Source: Octopus bimaculoides (taxonomy: Eukaryota). From it: a stretch of DNA of 61,839 nucleotides. The stretch covers positions 82,042,184 through 82,104,022 of the forward strand of contig NC_068988.1 in NCBI RefSeq assembly GCF_001194135.2, in the 5' to 3' direction. Below, piece after piece: positions 49,241 through 61,730 of this stretch. The notes under the pieces were generated by a model. That model was given only the letters and a program-made list of their open reading frames with translations, was not told the DNA's origin and did not search any database. A program made the position numbers and the translations under genes. Every line of letters begins with the position of its first letter. Position 1 is the stretch's first letter.

Positions 49241-49609
49241 AGAGTAAAAGAGTATATGTACGACGGGCTTCTTTCAAGTTTCTTGTTTTTCCTCTTTCTA
49301 GGTAACCAAAACTTTCCTTTATATCAGCACACCTGTTTCTGTCCTCTTTCTTGTACCTCTCTCTCTTCCCTGTTCTCTCTCTTCCATCTTCCTTCCTCTC
49401 CCTCCCTCTCATTCTCTCTCCCTCTCTTTTCTCCTCCCTCTCTTTCTCTCTGGCCAGGTAACCATCTACCTCCTCTATAGCATGACACTTGTTTCTGCCT
49501 CTCTGACCTTTCATCGTCTGATACAAGATCCTTTCCTCCAACGATTCCCCACTCTCAAAATTCCTTGTATTGCAAGTTATTTGGTGTCTCTGCCATCCAC
49601 TTTCAGTGG

Positions 49610-51690
49610 CAAGCACTTCTCAATACAGCTGTCTTTACTCATCACATGTCCAAACCAATGCATTCTCCTCCACATTTAATTCCTCTTATGCCCAACTTTT
49701 CTCTTAACACAGTTGTGCTTAGTCGGTCATGCACACGGATGTTGCAAATCCAATGGAACGTACTACCTTCATTCCACTCCTGTCTATGCATGTCTCCTGC
49801 ATTCAGAGCCCATGTCTCACTACCATGTAGTATAGCTGTTAGTACACAAGCATCATACAATCTACCTTTCACTCTGAGAGAGTACTTTTGTTACCAACAG
49901 AAGTAGTAGTTCTCTGAATTTCCTCCATCCTATTCTTATTCTAGAAACAATACTTTCAGAGCATCTGCCATTGTTACCAATTTGATTACCTAAGTAGCAG
50001 AAACTATCTATTACCTCAAGCGAGCTTCTTGGGCATTTGAGAATGTCTAAGTCCTGTGTGCCCTTAGTGCTTATTGTTCCTCCACATCTGCCACACACCA
50101 AAGTGACCTTATCTGTTAACCTACCTGCAATTCCACTGCATCTCTTATGTGTCCATAGCTTACACTGGGTGCAGCAACTGGAATTACTTCCCACTCCTTT
50201 CCTACATATTGAGCAGAGCCATTTACCTGACAGAAAGAGAGTCTTATCTCCTTTCTCACTAACAACAACTTTAGTTTTTCTAAGTTAACTTTAAGGCCCC
50301 TTGATTCCGGGTTTTGTTTCCAAACCCAGAACTTCTCCAATTCTGCTTCAGATTCTGCAATAAGAGCGAGGTCATTAGCATATAGCTGTTCCCATAGGCA
50401 TCCAGTTTTGAATTCCTAAGTTATGGCCTGGCAAACTCTGATGAATAAGAATGAACTAAGGACTGACCCCTGATGAATGCTAAATTCATCACTTGTACGC
50501 TAAATTCATCACTGTAGTCAAGGCCAACTTTCACCTTACTGACAGCACCACTGTACATGGCTTGTACAACTCTAACAACCCACTCCTCTACTCGTAGCTT
50601 TCTTAGAGACCACCAAATAAGAGAGTGGAGAACCCTGTCAAAAGCTTTCTCCAGGTCGACAAACGCTAAGTACAATAATTTACTTTTAGACAAATACTTT
50701 TCTTGCAACCATCTCACTAGGAAGATGGCATCCATGGTACTTCTCCCAGAAACAAAATGAAACAGCATCTCATCTAGTCTAATTCTATTCCTAATTGGTT
50801 GAGCTATAACTCTCTCTTTTTACATGCGATTTTCATGACCTAGTTCAGCAGTTTGATATCTCTGTAGTTGTTTCTATCTAAAGCATCACCTTTACCCTTG
50901 TAGCAGCTAACTATAATACTACACTACCAGTCTTTGGGGATGGCACCTTCCTGAATAACCTAATTAACTATGGGAGTAACTAGGCTGTATCTCACACCAT
51001 CAAATATTTTAATCATCTCAGCAGTGATACCCACTAATCTAGGAGCTTTCCCAGCCTTCATATCCTTAATTGCCTTATCTATTATGCTACAATCATCTCT
51101 GATGGCTGGTCCCTCAAGTGGTTCGATATTTGAAAGACTCTCCTTCTCTCAATCATTCTCCACATTTAATAACCTTTCATTATGGCGTCTCCATGAATCT
51201 TTGTTCTCTGAGTCACTAAGTAAAAGCATACCATTATCCATTTGCACACATTTCTCACCCATCACGTCTTTATTCTCTCTGATACACTGCTTTGCAATCC
51301 TGAACACCTCACATCCCTGATCCTCATGCAGTAGAACATTGGCAAGCCTCTTACCTTCTGCTATTCCTTTTGCTATGTAAACCTGTCACCTAGCTTCCCT
51401 TCTGGCTCCCTGATATAATGCTCTGATTCCACCATTTTTCCAATCTTTCCAGACTTGTCACTTTGCTTTTATAGTACTGTCTACCTCCTTGTTCCATGAT
51501 CATGTCATCCTCAGCCTAGCTGGGACTTTGCACCAGCCAGAGATTTGGTCAGCAACCCTCAATAAATTGTCTTGCAGGAACTTCCGGTTGTCCTCTAAGC
51601 TATATGTTCCTTCCTCTGCCTCCTCTCTATTATCAGGGTCTTCTAGTAGAGTGTCTTTGAGCTTCTATAATCTTTTTCAGTATGGTTTAT
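49610..51690 (-). mobile_element. RTE-clade LINE, decayed ORF2
   Basis: GRSTMDAIFLVR...AFVDLEKAFDRV; the RT YADD region; a PHD-like CTQCKLWTHKRC segment; GRLYDACV...LHGSETW; multiple frameshifts. Confidence 0.92.
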
Positions 51691-51782
51691 TTCTCTGAGT
51701 CCTTCTAACCCTAATTATATACAGATTGAGAGAGAGATGATGAAGCAAATACACAGATAAAACTGCTTGGACTGAATATATA

Positions 51783-52689
51783 CGAGCTGGTATCAAAAGG
51801 TTACCAAACTAATTATGTATAATAAAAAAATAACTAATTTACCTAAGTTTTAACATCATCTCTTTCAAAATGTTCACCTTACACAGCAATACAGCAATTC
51901 CAGCATTTGTGCCATTTTTGACATCCAGCCTGGAAGTCGTTTTCTGTAAGCGAATTGAAGAACTTCTGCGATTTGCTCTCAACAACAGTATTAAAATGGC
52001 AACCTTTGAGCTGTATTTTCATCTTGGGGAAGAGATGGAAGTCCACCAGTGCTAAATCTGGTGTGTAGGGTGGGTGCAGAAGTGATAGCATGTTGTTTTT
52101 GGTGAGAAACTCACAGGTGAGAAGAGCTCAGTAATGGTACATTGTTATTGTGAAGAATCTAATTCTTTGAGCTCCACAGATCCAGTCGCTTTTGCCAAAC
52201 GTTCTTCAAATGCTTCAAAACATTGTTGATTGTTCTCTGGCGACACTCATGCACAAGCTGATGAATTTGCTCTACATATCCAGGGGTCAAGCTTATGGCA
52301 GATCTTCCAGATCGTTTATCATCTTCCAGGGATGTTATTCTGCTTTTGAAGCACCTGTGCCATTGAAATATTGCATACAGCCCATTGCCTTGTCACCATA
52401 AGCTTGCCAAAGCATGCTCAATGTCTCTGTAGCTGACTTCCCAAGTTTAATGCCAAAAGTTCACATTGGCTCCTTGTTCCAGCTTCCTGTCCATGACAAG
52501 AATCACAGACTACAGTATACACATGATCACAAAAATACAAATTTCACAACTTGTGAAGTAAACACAACAATGTCAATTGGCAAACTAACTCATGAAGGTC
52601 ACTGCTAGCTGTCACTGTGCATGCAACCATGTGCTGCCATCTGTTGGTGCACTACAGAACTAGTCCGGGAACTTTTTGATACCGCCTTG
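51783..52689 (-). mobile_element. Mariner, internally deleted (907 bp)
   Basis: TA TSD; TIRs CGAGCTGGTATCAAAAGGTT / AACTTTTTGATACCGCCTTG; motif HPPYTPDLALVDFHLFPKMK. Confidence 0.88.
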
Positions 52690-52952
52690 TATTTATGCTA
52701 CAGAGGTCCTTGACTAATTTAAAGATATCAATCTTATTTACAGAATACATTGTATATTGTGAATTGATTTGACAAAGAAAATTATATAAAACGTATGTAC
52801 TTAAATCACGTTCATCATAAGTGAATAATATCTATAAGTATGCAAACCATCAAAAATTGATAAGCAATTGATATTTAGATAAATCATACAAATAAAATGT
52901 ATATAATTAATATAGATGTGCGTGTGAGAGTGTAATTTAATTATTTGATAAA

Positions 52953-53103
52953 GTAATGGCTGTGTGGTAAGAAGCTTGCTTCCCAACTACATGGTTCTGG
53001 GTTCAGTTCCACTGTATGGCACCTTCTATTATAGCCTAGGGCCGACCAAAGCTTTGTGAGTGAATTTGGTAGACGGAAACTGAAAGAAGCTCATCGTATA
53101 TAT
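52953..53103 (+). mobile_element. SINE family A 5' half (partner 3' half at 57037-57220)
   Basis: TGGCTGTGTGGTAAGAAGCTTGCTTCCC...AAACTGAAAGAAGCTCATCGTATA. Confidence 0.85.
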
Positions 53104-53457
53104 NNNNNNNNNNNNNNNNNNNNNNNNNNNNNNNNNNNNNNNNNNNNNNNNNNNNNNNNNNNNNNNNNNNNNNNNNNNNNNNNNNNNNNNNNNNNNNNNN
53201 NNNNNNNNNNNNNNNNNNNNNNNNNNNNNNNNNNNNNNNNNNNNNNNNNNNNNNNNNNNNNNNNNNNNNNNNNNNNNNNNNNNNNNNNNNNNNNNNNNNN
53301 NNNNNNNNNNNNNNNNNNNNNNNNNNNNNNNNNNNNNNNNNNNNNNNNNNNNNNNNNNNNNNNNNNNNNNNNNNNNNNNNNNNNNNNNNNNNNNNNNNNN
53401 NNNNNNNNNNNNNNNNNNNNNNNNNNNNNNNNNNNNNNNNNNNNNNNNNNNNNNNNN

Positions 53458-56141
53458 ACGACCACGCTCAAAAGGTGTTTTTTACATGCTACCTGCACGG
53501 GAGCCAGTCCAGTGGAAACGACCACACTCGAATGTTGTTTTTCATGTGCCACCTGCACATGTGCTGCTAAGGTGATGCTGGCAACAATCATGTTCAAATG
53601 GTGCTTTTTACATGCCACCAGCACAGGAGCCAGTCCATGGCCCTAACAACGATCATGCTCAGATGTGCTTTTAACATTCTACTGGTATGAGTGCCAAACA
53701 GGTGGTACTGTCATCGGCCACATCAGCGATTTTGATTTGATTTCACTTGCTTCAATAGGTCTTCACAAGCAAAGTGTATTGTCCAATGAAGAGGAGTATT
53801 CATAAGTGGGCTGGTTACACCCACTGGCATAGGCCATGGGTTATGGTCTCACTTGGCTTGTTGGGTCTTTTCAAGAACAGTATATCTCCAAAGGTCTCAG
53901 TCACTAGTCATTGCCTCGGCAACACATGACCATACTAGCGTAGTTGTCTCTCTTGCACACCACATCTGATGCTTCTTAAATCCAACTTTTCTCTCAGGGC
54001 ACTTACACTCTGTCATGTATGCACACTGACATTACACATCCAGCGGAACATACTGGCTTCATTCCTTGCATACTTACACATGTCCTCAGCAGTCACGGCC
54101 CATGTTTCACTGCCATGTAGCATGGCTGTTCGTACACATGCATCATACGGTCTACCTTTTACTCTGAGCGAGAGGCCCTTTGTCACCAACAGATGTAGGA
54201 ACTCTCTGAACTTTGCCCAGGCTATTCTTATTCTACCAGCTACACTTTCAGCGCACCCTCCCCTGCTACTGACTTGGTCCCCTATGTAATGGAAGCTATC
54301 AACTACTTCTAGTTTTTCTACCTGGAATGTGACAGAAGCTGTTCTCTGTACATTTTCAGTGTTTATAGCCCCTGAGCATCTGCCACATACAAAAACTATC
54401 TTGCTAGTTAGCCGTCCTTTGATATTGCTGCACCTCTTATGTGTCCATAGCTTACACTGGGTACATCTAATGGAGTTTCTACCTACGCCTTTTCTACAGA
54501 TCAAGCAGGGCCATCTACCTGAAGGGATTTGTGGTTTATCTGCCTTCCTACTTACTAAGACTTTGGTTTTAACTAGGTTGACTCTAAGGCCCTTCGATTC
54601 TAATCCTTGTTTCCACACCTGAAACTTTTTCTCTAGTTCTGATAGTGACTCAGCAATTAGAGCAAGGTCATCAGCATAGAGGAGCTCCCAGAGGCATCAT
54701 GTCTTGAATTCCTCTGTTATTGCCTGGAGGAATATGATGAATAAGAGGGAGCTGAGGACTGATCCATGGTAGACCCCTACCAGGAATTCTTCACTGTACT
54801 CGTTGCTAACCCTCACCTTACTGACAGCATCCCTGTACATGGTTTGCACAGCTCTCACTAACCATTCATTTATCCCTAGTTTCCTCATTGACCACCAGAT
54901 AAGGGATCAGAGGACCCTGTCAAAGGCTTTCTCCATGTCAATGAAAGCCAGGTACAGAGATTTATCTTTGGCTAGGTATTTCTTTTGCAGCTGCTTTACC
55001 AGAAATATAGCATCAGTGGTGCTTTTTCCTGGCACGAACCCAAACTGCATCTCATCTAGTCTGACTCTCTCCCTAATTAGTTGGACTATGACCCTCTCTG
55101 TGACCTTCATTACCTGATCCAACAATTTGATACCTCTGTAATTATTTGTATCTAAAGCGTCACCTTTACCTTTGTAGCAGTTGACTATGGTGCTGCTACA
55201 CCAGTCATTGGGTATGACTCCTTCATGTCAACTCGGATAGCTGGTCCCTCTGCTGGGTCAGCATTCGGCAGACTCTCTTTCTCCCATTCATTCTCTTTAT
55301 TTAGCAGCCTTTCATAGTGGCATCTCCAAACCTCTCTCTTTGCAGCCTCGTTTAATGCAAGTGAACCATCATCCATGCGAACACATTTCTCTCCTACATC
55401 ACGATTCTCTCTAACAGACCGTCTTGCAACATGAAATACCTCAAGTCTTTGGTCCTCACAGCACAGAATATTGACAAATTTTTTCTTATCTCCCTCTGGC
55501 TAAATAAACCTATCTCCTAGCTTCCCTTCTGGCAGTCTGATACAATTCCCTACTACTACCATTCTTCCCGTCCTTCCAAGCCTGTTTCTTTTCCCTAATA
55601 GCCCTGTCAACAACATTGTTCCACCACCACATTACCTTGGGTCGAGAGGGAACTTGGCACCATCCACAGATCTGATCAGTGGCCCTCAGCAGGTTGTCCC
55701 GTAGAAACCTCCAGTTGTCTTCTACATCATGTGATGCTATACCCCCCTTTATTTCATCAAAAGCTTTGAGCAATACATCTCTAAATCATCTTTGTCCATT
55801 CACAAGATCTTTAAGCTTCCAGACCCTTCTCCTCCATGATGGTTGTCTTCTGGGCATCCATTTAGCTCTGATCCTGAAGTCGCTAACTACCAGTCTATGT
55901 TGTGGGGTACATTCTTCACCTGGGAAGGTTTTGGTATTTATAAGCAGCCATCTTTCCCTTTTTCTGGTGAGGATGTAGTCAATTTGGCTAGTGTGTCTGC
56001 CAGAACAGTAGGTGACTAGGTGACTGGCAGGATTCCTGAAGTTAGTATTGCAAACCATAAGATCATTTGCATCACAGAACTCCAGCAGCCTGGTTCCCTC
56101 CTCATTGTGGGAACCAAAACCATAGCCTCCATGTACACCAT
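53458..56141 (-). mobile_element. RTE-clade LINE: APE C-terminus, RT, PHD-like finger, 3' UTR; 5'-truncated
   Basis: SQIDYILTRK...QHRLVVSDF (APE); QFGFVPGKSTTDAIF, FIDMEKAFDRV, HGSVLSSLLF and LLYADDL (RT); CLIC...CTQC..WTHKRC...CGRC; UTR units at 53458-53716. Confidence 0.93.
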
Positions 56142-57036
56142 GTATGTACTTAAATCACGTTCATCATAAGTGAATAATATCTATAAGTATGCAAACCATC
56201 AAAAATTGATAAGCAATTGATATTTAGATAAATCATACAAATAAAATGTATATAATNNNNNNNNNNNNNNNNNNNNNNNNNNNNNNNNNNNNNNNNNNNN
56301 NNNNNNNNNNNNNNNNNNNNNNNNNNNNNNNNNNNNNNNNNNNNNNNNNNNNNNNNNNNNNNNNNNNNNNNNNNNNNNNNNNNNNNNNNNNNNNNNNNNN
56401 NNNNNNNNNNNNNNNNNNNNNNNNNNNNNNNNNNNNNNNNNNNNNNNNNNNNNNNNNNNNNNNNNNNNNNNNNNNNNNNNNNNNNNNNNNNNNNNNNNNN
56501 NNNNNNNNNNNNNNNNNNNNNNNNNNNNNNNNNNNNNNNNNNNNNNNNNNNNNNNNNNNNNNNNNNNNNNNNNNNNNNNNNNNNNNNNNNNNNNNNNNNN
56601 NNNNNNNNNNNNNNNNNNNNNNNNNNNNNNNNNNNNNNNNNNNNNNNNNNNNNNNNNNNNNNNNNNNNNNNNNNNNNNNNNNNCAGCTGGATGCCCTTCC
56701 TAACACCAACCACTCCGAGAGTGTAGTGGGTGCTTTTACATGCCACTGGCACGAGGGCCAGTCAGGCGGTTCTGGCAACGACCACGCTCAAAAGGTGTTT
56801 TTTACATGCTACCTGCACGGGAGCCAGTCCAGTGGAAACGACCACACTCGAATGTTGTTTTTCATGTGCCACCTGCACATGTGCTGCTAAGGTGATGCTG
56901 GCAACAATCATGTTCAAATGGTGCTTTTTACATGCCACCAGCACAGGAGCCAGTCCATGGCCCTAACAACGATCATGCTCAGATGTGCTTTTAACATTCT
57001 ACTGGTATGAGTGCCAAACAGGTGGTACTGTCATCG
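56142..57036. repeat. Direct duplicate of 52793-53716
   Basis: 56142-56256 equals 52793-52907 (115 bp) and 56778-57036 equals 53458-53716 (259 bp), identical by eye. Confidence 0.9.
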
Positions 57037-57220
57037 CCCACCATCACTTGACAACCGATGTTGATGTGTTTACATACCCATAACTTAGCAGTTCAGGAAA
57101 AGAGACCGATAGAATAGATACTAAGCTTACAAAGAATAAGTCTGGGGTCAATTTATTCGACTAAAGGTGGTGCTCCAGCACAGCCACAGTCAGATTAGTG
57201 AAACAAGTAAAAGAATAGAA
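57037..57220 (+). mobile_element. SINE family A 3' half
   Basis: CCCACCATCACTTGACAACCGATG...GGTGGTGCTCCAGCA...TGAAACAAGTAAAAGA. Confidence 0.85.
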
Positions 57221-57844
57221 GAATTAAATATATAAATATTCATCAAATACATACATTATATACGTATCTTTTACACAGTAATTCTCTCATCACTATTTCA
57301 ACAAGTACAGTGAAGTTTATACTTTTTAAAAGAGATCAATTAAAACTGAAACATGTTTGCAGTTATCTCCCATACTTGCTTAATATTTAACCTATTAGTC
57401 ATCACTGAATTAATATTGTCCTTTCCTTAAGACAAACAAATTTCTAATTAGGATTTTTAAAGCTCACTACAGTTAAATAGGTTACCACTAATTTAACTAT
57501 TGCTTTTTTTATGCAAATAGCATGTCTAGATAATTAACATAAGTGATTTATTTAACAAGATGTACTTAGACCAACTTATAGTGACCATTACTCCACTCCT
57601 GAAACTGTCTATGTCTGATCACCACACAGTGACCTCTGTATCATCTATACAATCTCTTCAGACCAATAACTAATCAATTGTCTCCCCTCCTCTATCCACA
57701 CCACTACATTTCTCTGCAAATCTTATTAATTGCACTAATTGTTTAATTAACGAAAAGAAAAAATATGCGTATGTTATATTAAAACATCTGTATATCTTCT
57801 CATGAACTGTTACACTCCTTGTCATTTTTGATTCATCTTCATAG

Positions 57845-58375
57845 TTCATTCTCGTCATCGTCGTCATCATCATCTTCATCATCATCTCATCATCAATAAA
57901 ATCAACATCACTACCACCACCATTATTGTCATTATTACCATCATCACAACCACCATCACTTCCACAATCACCACCATCACTTCCACAATCACCACCACCA
58001 CAACAATCCCCATCATCATCATCATCATTGACAACACCACTACCACCACTATCATCCTTATCACTGCTACTACCATCATCATCATCACTGCCACAAGTAC
58101 CACCATCAAAACAACTACTATCACCATCACAACCACCTCCAATCATCATCATCAACACTTCTACAGCCAACACCAAAACCACCACTGCCACTTCTACCAT
58201 CGCCACCACTGCCATCACTATACCACCACACCAATATCACCACACCACCACCACCACCTTGACTGCTGTTGTTATTATTATTATTATTACCATTATTATT
58301 ATCATTATTATTATTGTTATTATTATCATCATCATTGTTGTTGTTGTTGTTAACACTATCATCATTATTTCCTAA
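57845..58375. repeat. Compound trinucleotide low-complexity tract (CAT/CAC/CCA/ATT/GTT)
   Basis: Direct inspection. Confidence 0.9.
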
Positions 58376-59059
58376 GGTGTAAAAATGTCCATCCCAACAT
58401 CTTTAGGTGTCAAATATCTTTCATTTATTAATAATTTTACTCTTAGTCAGGAAATTAATTAGATAAAAAAATGAAAGAAGAAAATATAAGAGCTAGCTTA
58501 TTAGACGTGTGGTTGTAAGTTCAATTCTCACAATAGCTATTTGATAATGCATCTCCAACAAGTCACATCGTTCTATTTCACTCGGCTAAACAGACATAAC
58601 AGTTTTCAGTCTTATATCACACTGGTACTTAGAACATAGAAGGATGACCAGTTCTAAAATCAATTAGGATATCTAAGCCATCCTAGCCACGTTAGCAAAG
58701 GAACAAAATGAATGTGTAAAAGATATGTGTATGAATGTATGTATATATATGAATCTGTGTAGGTGTGTATATATAAATGTATGTGTACATATGTGTGTAT
58801 GAATATGTTATCATCATCAGCAGCAGCATCATTTAATGTCTGTTTTCCATGCTGGCATGGGTTGAATGGTTTGACAGGAGTTGGCCAACCAGAGAAGTGG
58901 CTGTAGATATTTTTGTATTTGTATTTATATATATATGTATTAGTGTTTATGTATATGTATGCATATATGGGCGTATGTAAGTATATATGAACAGATTGAT
59001 CAATTGATCGATCAATCAGTTGATGAGGTTGGTATGTTCTCTGCCATTTTAAATTATTT

Positions 59060-59700
59060 CAAATCTTGTAAGCAGCTGCTTTCTAACAAAGATACAAAGC
59101 TCCATCATTGGAATGTAGATAACAAAAACAAACTCACATTTTAAACTTAAGAAAAGTCTTGCGTACTTTCACTGTTCCTCTAACAGACTGTATTTGTTGA
59201 TTTCTTTTCCTAAAAATCCTACCTTATCCAAATTGTCACTTAGGCTTTTACTCACAAAACCAACTGCATCAATTATAATTAATACAAATGTGAATTTGTA
59301 ATCTGAGTATAGAAGCTGAAGGTTTCAAAGCAGTTGTCTATTGTAATCCTCTTTCTCTTTGATTTTTGAAGAGATATTCACTTCAACAGGACAGCTGACC
59401 TCTATAACAGCACATACTTTTCTCATCTACCCCAAACAGCAATTACTGGCCTGCCATGTTTACACTTGACAGAAGTTTTGATGAGAGTGTTCTACTAATA
59501 TTCCTTGTGCTGATGTGTATGTATGCACATATGTATTCAGTGACTGGGGGCATCTTTATCTATTCCAGGAGAGTCTTTTTTTCACATGACATGGTATACT
59601 GTTTCAACAACAATGTCAAGTTGCAATTGGGGAGTAGTCCTTTGATGAGAGTTTTGGGCAGCTGCTAGTCACATGCTTGATGTCTTCCACAGAAATGTGA
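59060..59700 (-). mobile_element. Second R4/Dong-like family, RLE domain fragment
   Basis: Minus strand, across frameshifts: VEDIKHVTSSCPKLSS, IKTSVKCKHGRPVIAVW, EVSCPVEVNISSKIKEKED and GTVKVRKTFLKF (CCHC knuckle remnant and PD..(D/E)xK region). Confidence 0.75.
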
Positions 59701-59863
59701 CATCATTCACATTTATACATGTATGTATGTATGTATATATGCATCTATGTATGTTTGTATGTATATACACATGCATACAAACATGTATACATGAATGTAT
59801 GCATGCACGCTTGTATGTATGTACATACATACGTATGTATCTATGTAATTCTGTGTGTGTGTG

Positions 59864-59898
<35 letters not shown>

Positions 59899-61199
59899 NN
59901 NNNNNNNNNNNNNNNNNNNNNNNNNNNNNNNNNNNNNNNNNNNNNNNNNNNNNNNNNNNNNNNNNNNNNNNNNNNNNNNNNNNNNNNNNNNNNNNNNNNN
60001 NNNNNNNNNNNNNNNNNNNNNNNNNNNNNNNNNNNNNNNNNNNNNNNNNNNNNNNNNNNNNNNNNNNNNNNNNNNNNNNNNNNNNNNNNNNNNNNNNNNN
60101 NNNNNNNNNNNNNNNNNNNNNNNNNNNNNNNNNNNNNNNNNNNNNNNNNNNNNNNNNNNNNNNNNNNNNNNNNNNNNNNNNNNNNNNNNNNNNNNNNNNN
60201 NNNNNNNNNNNNNNNNNNNNNNNNNNNNNNNNNNNNNNNNNNNNNNNNNNNNNNNNNNNNNNNNNNNNNNNNNNNNNNNNNNNNNNNNNNNNNNNNNNNN
60301 NNNNNNNNNNNNNNNNNNNNNNNNNNNNNNNNNNNNNNNNNNNNNNNNNNNNNNNNNNNNNNNNNNNNNNNNAGTGTATATATGTGCATGTGTGTGTATG
60401 CATGTGTCTATTTATATACCTTTCTTTCTACCTGTCTATCAATCTAGCTAGCTAGCTATAAATTTATTGGTCTGTCTAAATACTTACATATATACATAGA
60501 GAGAGATATGTACATACATATCTATATACATATATATGTGTGTGTGTGTGTGTGCATATATATATTTATATATATATATATATACATATATATATACATA
60601 TATATATATGTATCTATCCATATATGTATGTATACATGTATATATGTGTGTGTGTATTTATATATATAATTGCATATATATTTATATAAATAAGGATAAG
60701 ATCGATATATAAAATATATATATTATACATACATATGTACATATATATATACATATATATATATACAATATCTGTGTGTGTGTATGTACAAGTATATATG
60801 CACGTAATGTGTACATTTACACACACACATATGTACATGTTTCCTGTTACTGCTATTTTCATTATCATTTTTATAATTATCATTATTATTATTATCATCA
60901 TCATCATGGCTTGTTCCACTACTATTACTTTTATTACTGTTGATATCATTATTAATGTTGTTATTGTTGTTGTTACTTTTATCTCTTTTCATAATTATTA
61001 TTATTGCACACATTGTTCTGTTTTCTCCAATATATATATAATGCCAAATATATACTCTTTGTTTAATGCAAAACGGTATGATGTAACTCCAGTTTGATGA
61101 AGTGCTACTGTGATGTATTCAAACACATATCATGTTTAATCTTTCACAAAAACCCATTTATATGCAATGTAGTTAGAAACATACTGGTACATACAGATA

Positions 61200-61610
61200 T
61201 GCTGGCATGGGCTGGATTACTTAACAGGAGGAGCTGGGTAGCTTTCCAGACTCCATTTGTCTGTTTTAACATAGTTTCTATGGCTGGATGCTTTACAGAG
61301 TGTGCTGGGTGCTTTTTACATGCCATTGGCATGGGTGTGTTTATTTAGTATTGGCACAATTGTATTTTATATGACACTGGTACCTGTCAGACAAAAACCT
61401 CTCAGTTGGGAGAGGGAGTTGTTGCATCACCATAAAGGACATGCCTATGTGTATGGATGACTGCAATTTTACTTAGCCTGATGTGTCTTCTCAAGTACAG
61501 CAAATTGCCACAAGTCCCAGTTCTTTGTCATCTCCTCAGTGAGGTCCAGCATTTGAAGATCCTTTCTCACCACTTTATCTTATGTCTTCCTTAGTCAACC
61601 CCTTCCCAAT
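61200..61610 (-). mobile_element. RTE 3' end fragment (ORF2 C-terminus plus UTR)
   Basis: TGTGTCTTCTCAAGTACAGCAAATTGCCACAAG (reverse complement reads LWQFAVLEKTHQAK) with a TGGCTGGATGC/GTGCTTTTTACATGCC UTR. Confidence 0.7.
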
Positions 61611-61639
61611 ATATGTATGCATGTATGTATGTAATTATT

Positions 61640-61730
61640 CAGTTTTATTTCAAGATTTCTTGCCAATAGGGAAAGAGACAGTTTCTAACCTAGATCCAAG
61701 GCTCCGTCATTGGAATTTCAGCATCAACAG
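61640..61730 (-). repeat. 3' tail related to that of the 59060 element
   Basis: TTTCTAACCTAGATCCAAGGCTCCGTCATTGGAAT is similar to TTTCTAACAAAGATACAAAGCTCCATCATTGGAAT at about 59080. Confidence 0.5.

Larger units (their letters stand above)
2985..60372. other. 14 assembly gaps (N runs)
   Basis: Approximately 2985-3097, 4235-4777, 6539-6658, 7406-7785, 12378-12676, 14105-14354, 20994-21090, 24501-25412, 40052-40882, 47984-48810, 49153-49162, 53104-53457, 56257-56683 and 59899-60372. Most abut microsatellites. Confidence 0.95.

Noticed and set aside
52793-57036. LTR retrotransposon (direct repeats flanking an RT)
   Set aside because: The RT is RTE-type with an APE domain. There are no TG..CA ends, PBS, gag, protease or integrase, and the repeats include host flank and SINE sequence.
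1540-61097. Many 60-400-aa ORFs rich in YI, CV, HT, poly-L/S/F or X
   Set aside because: They are translations of (TA)n, (TG)n or triplet microsatellites and N-gaps, with no coding evidence.
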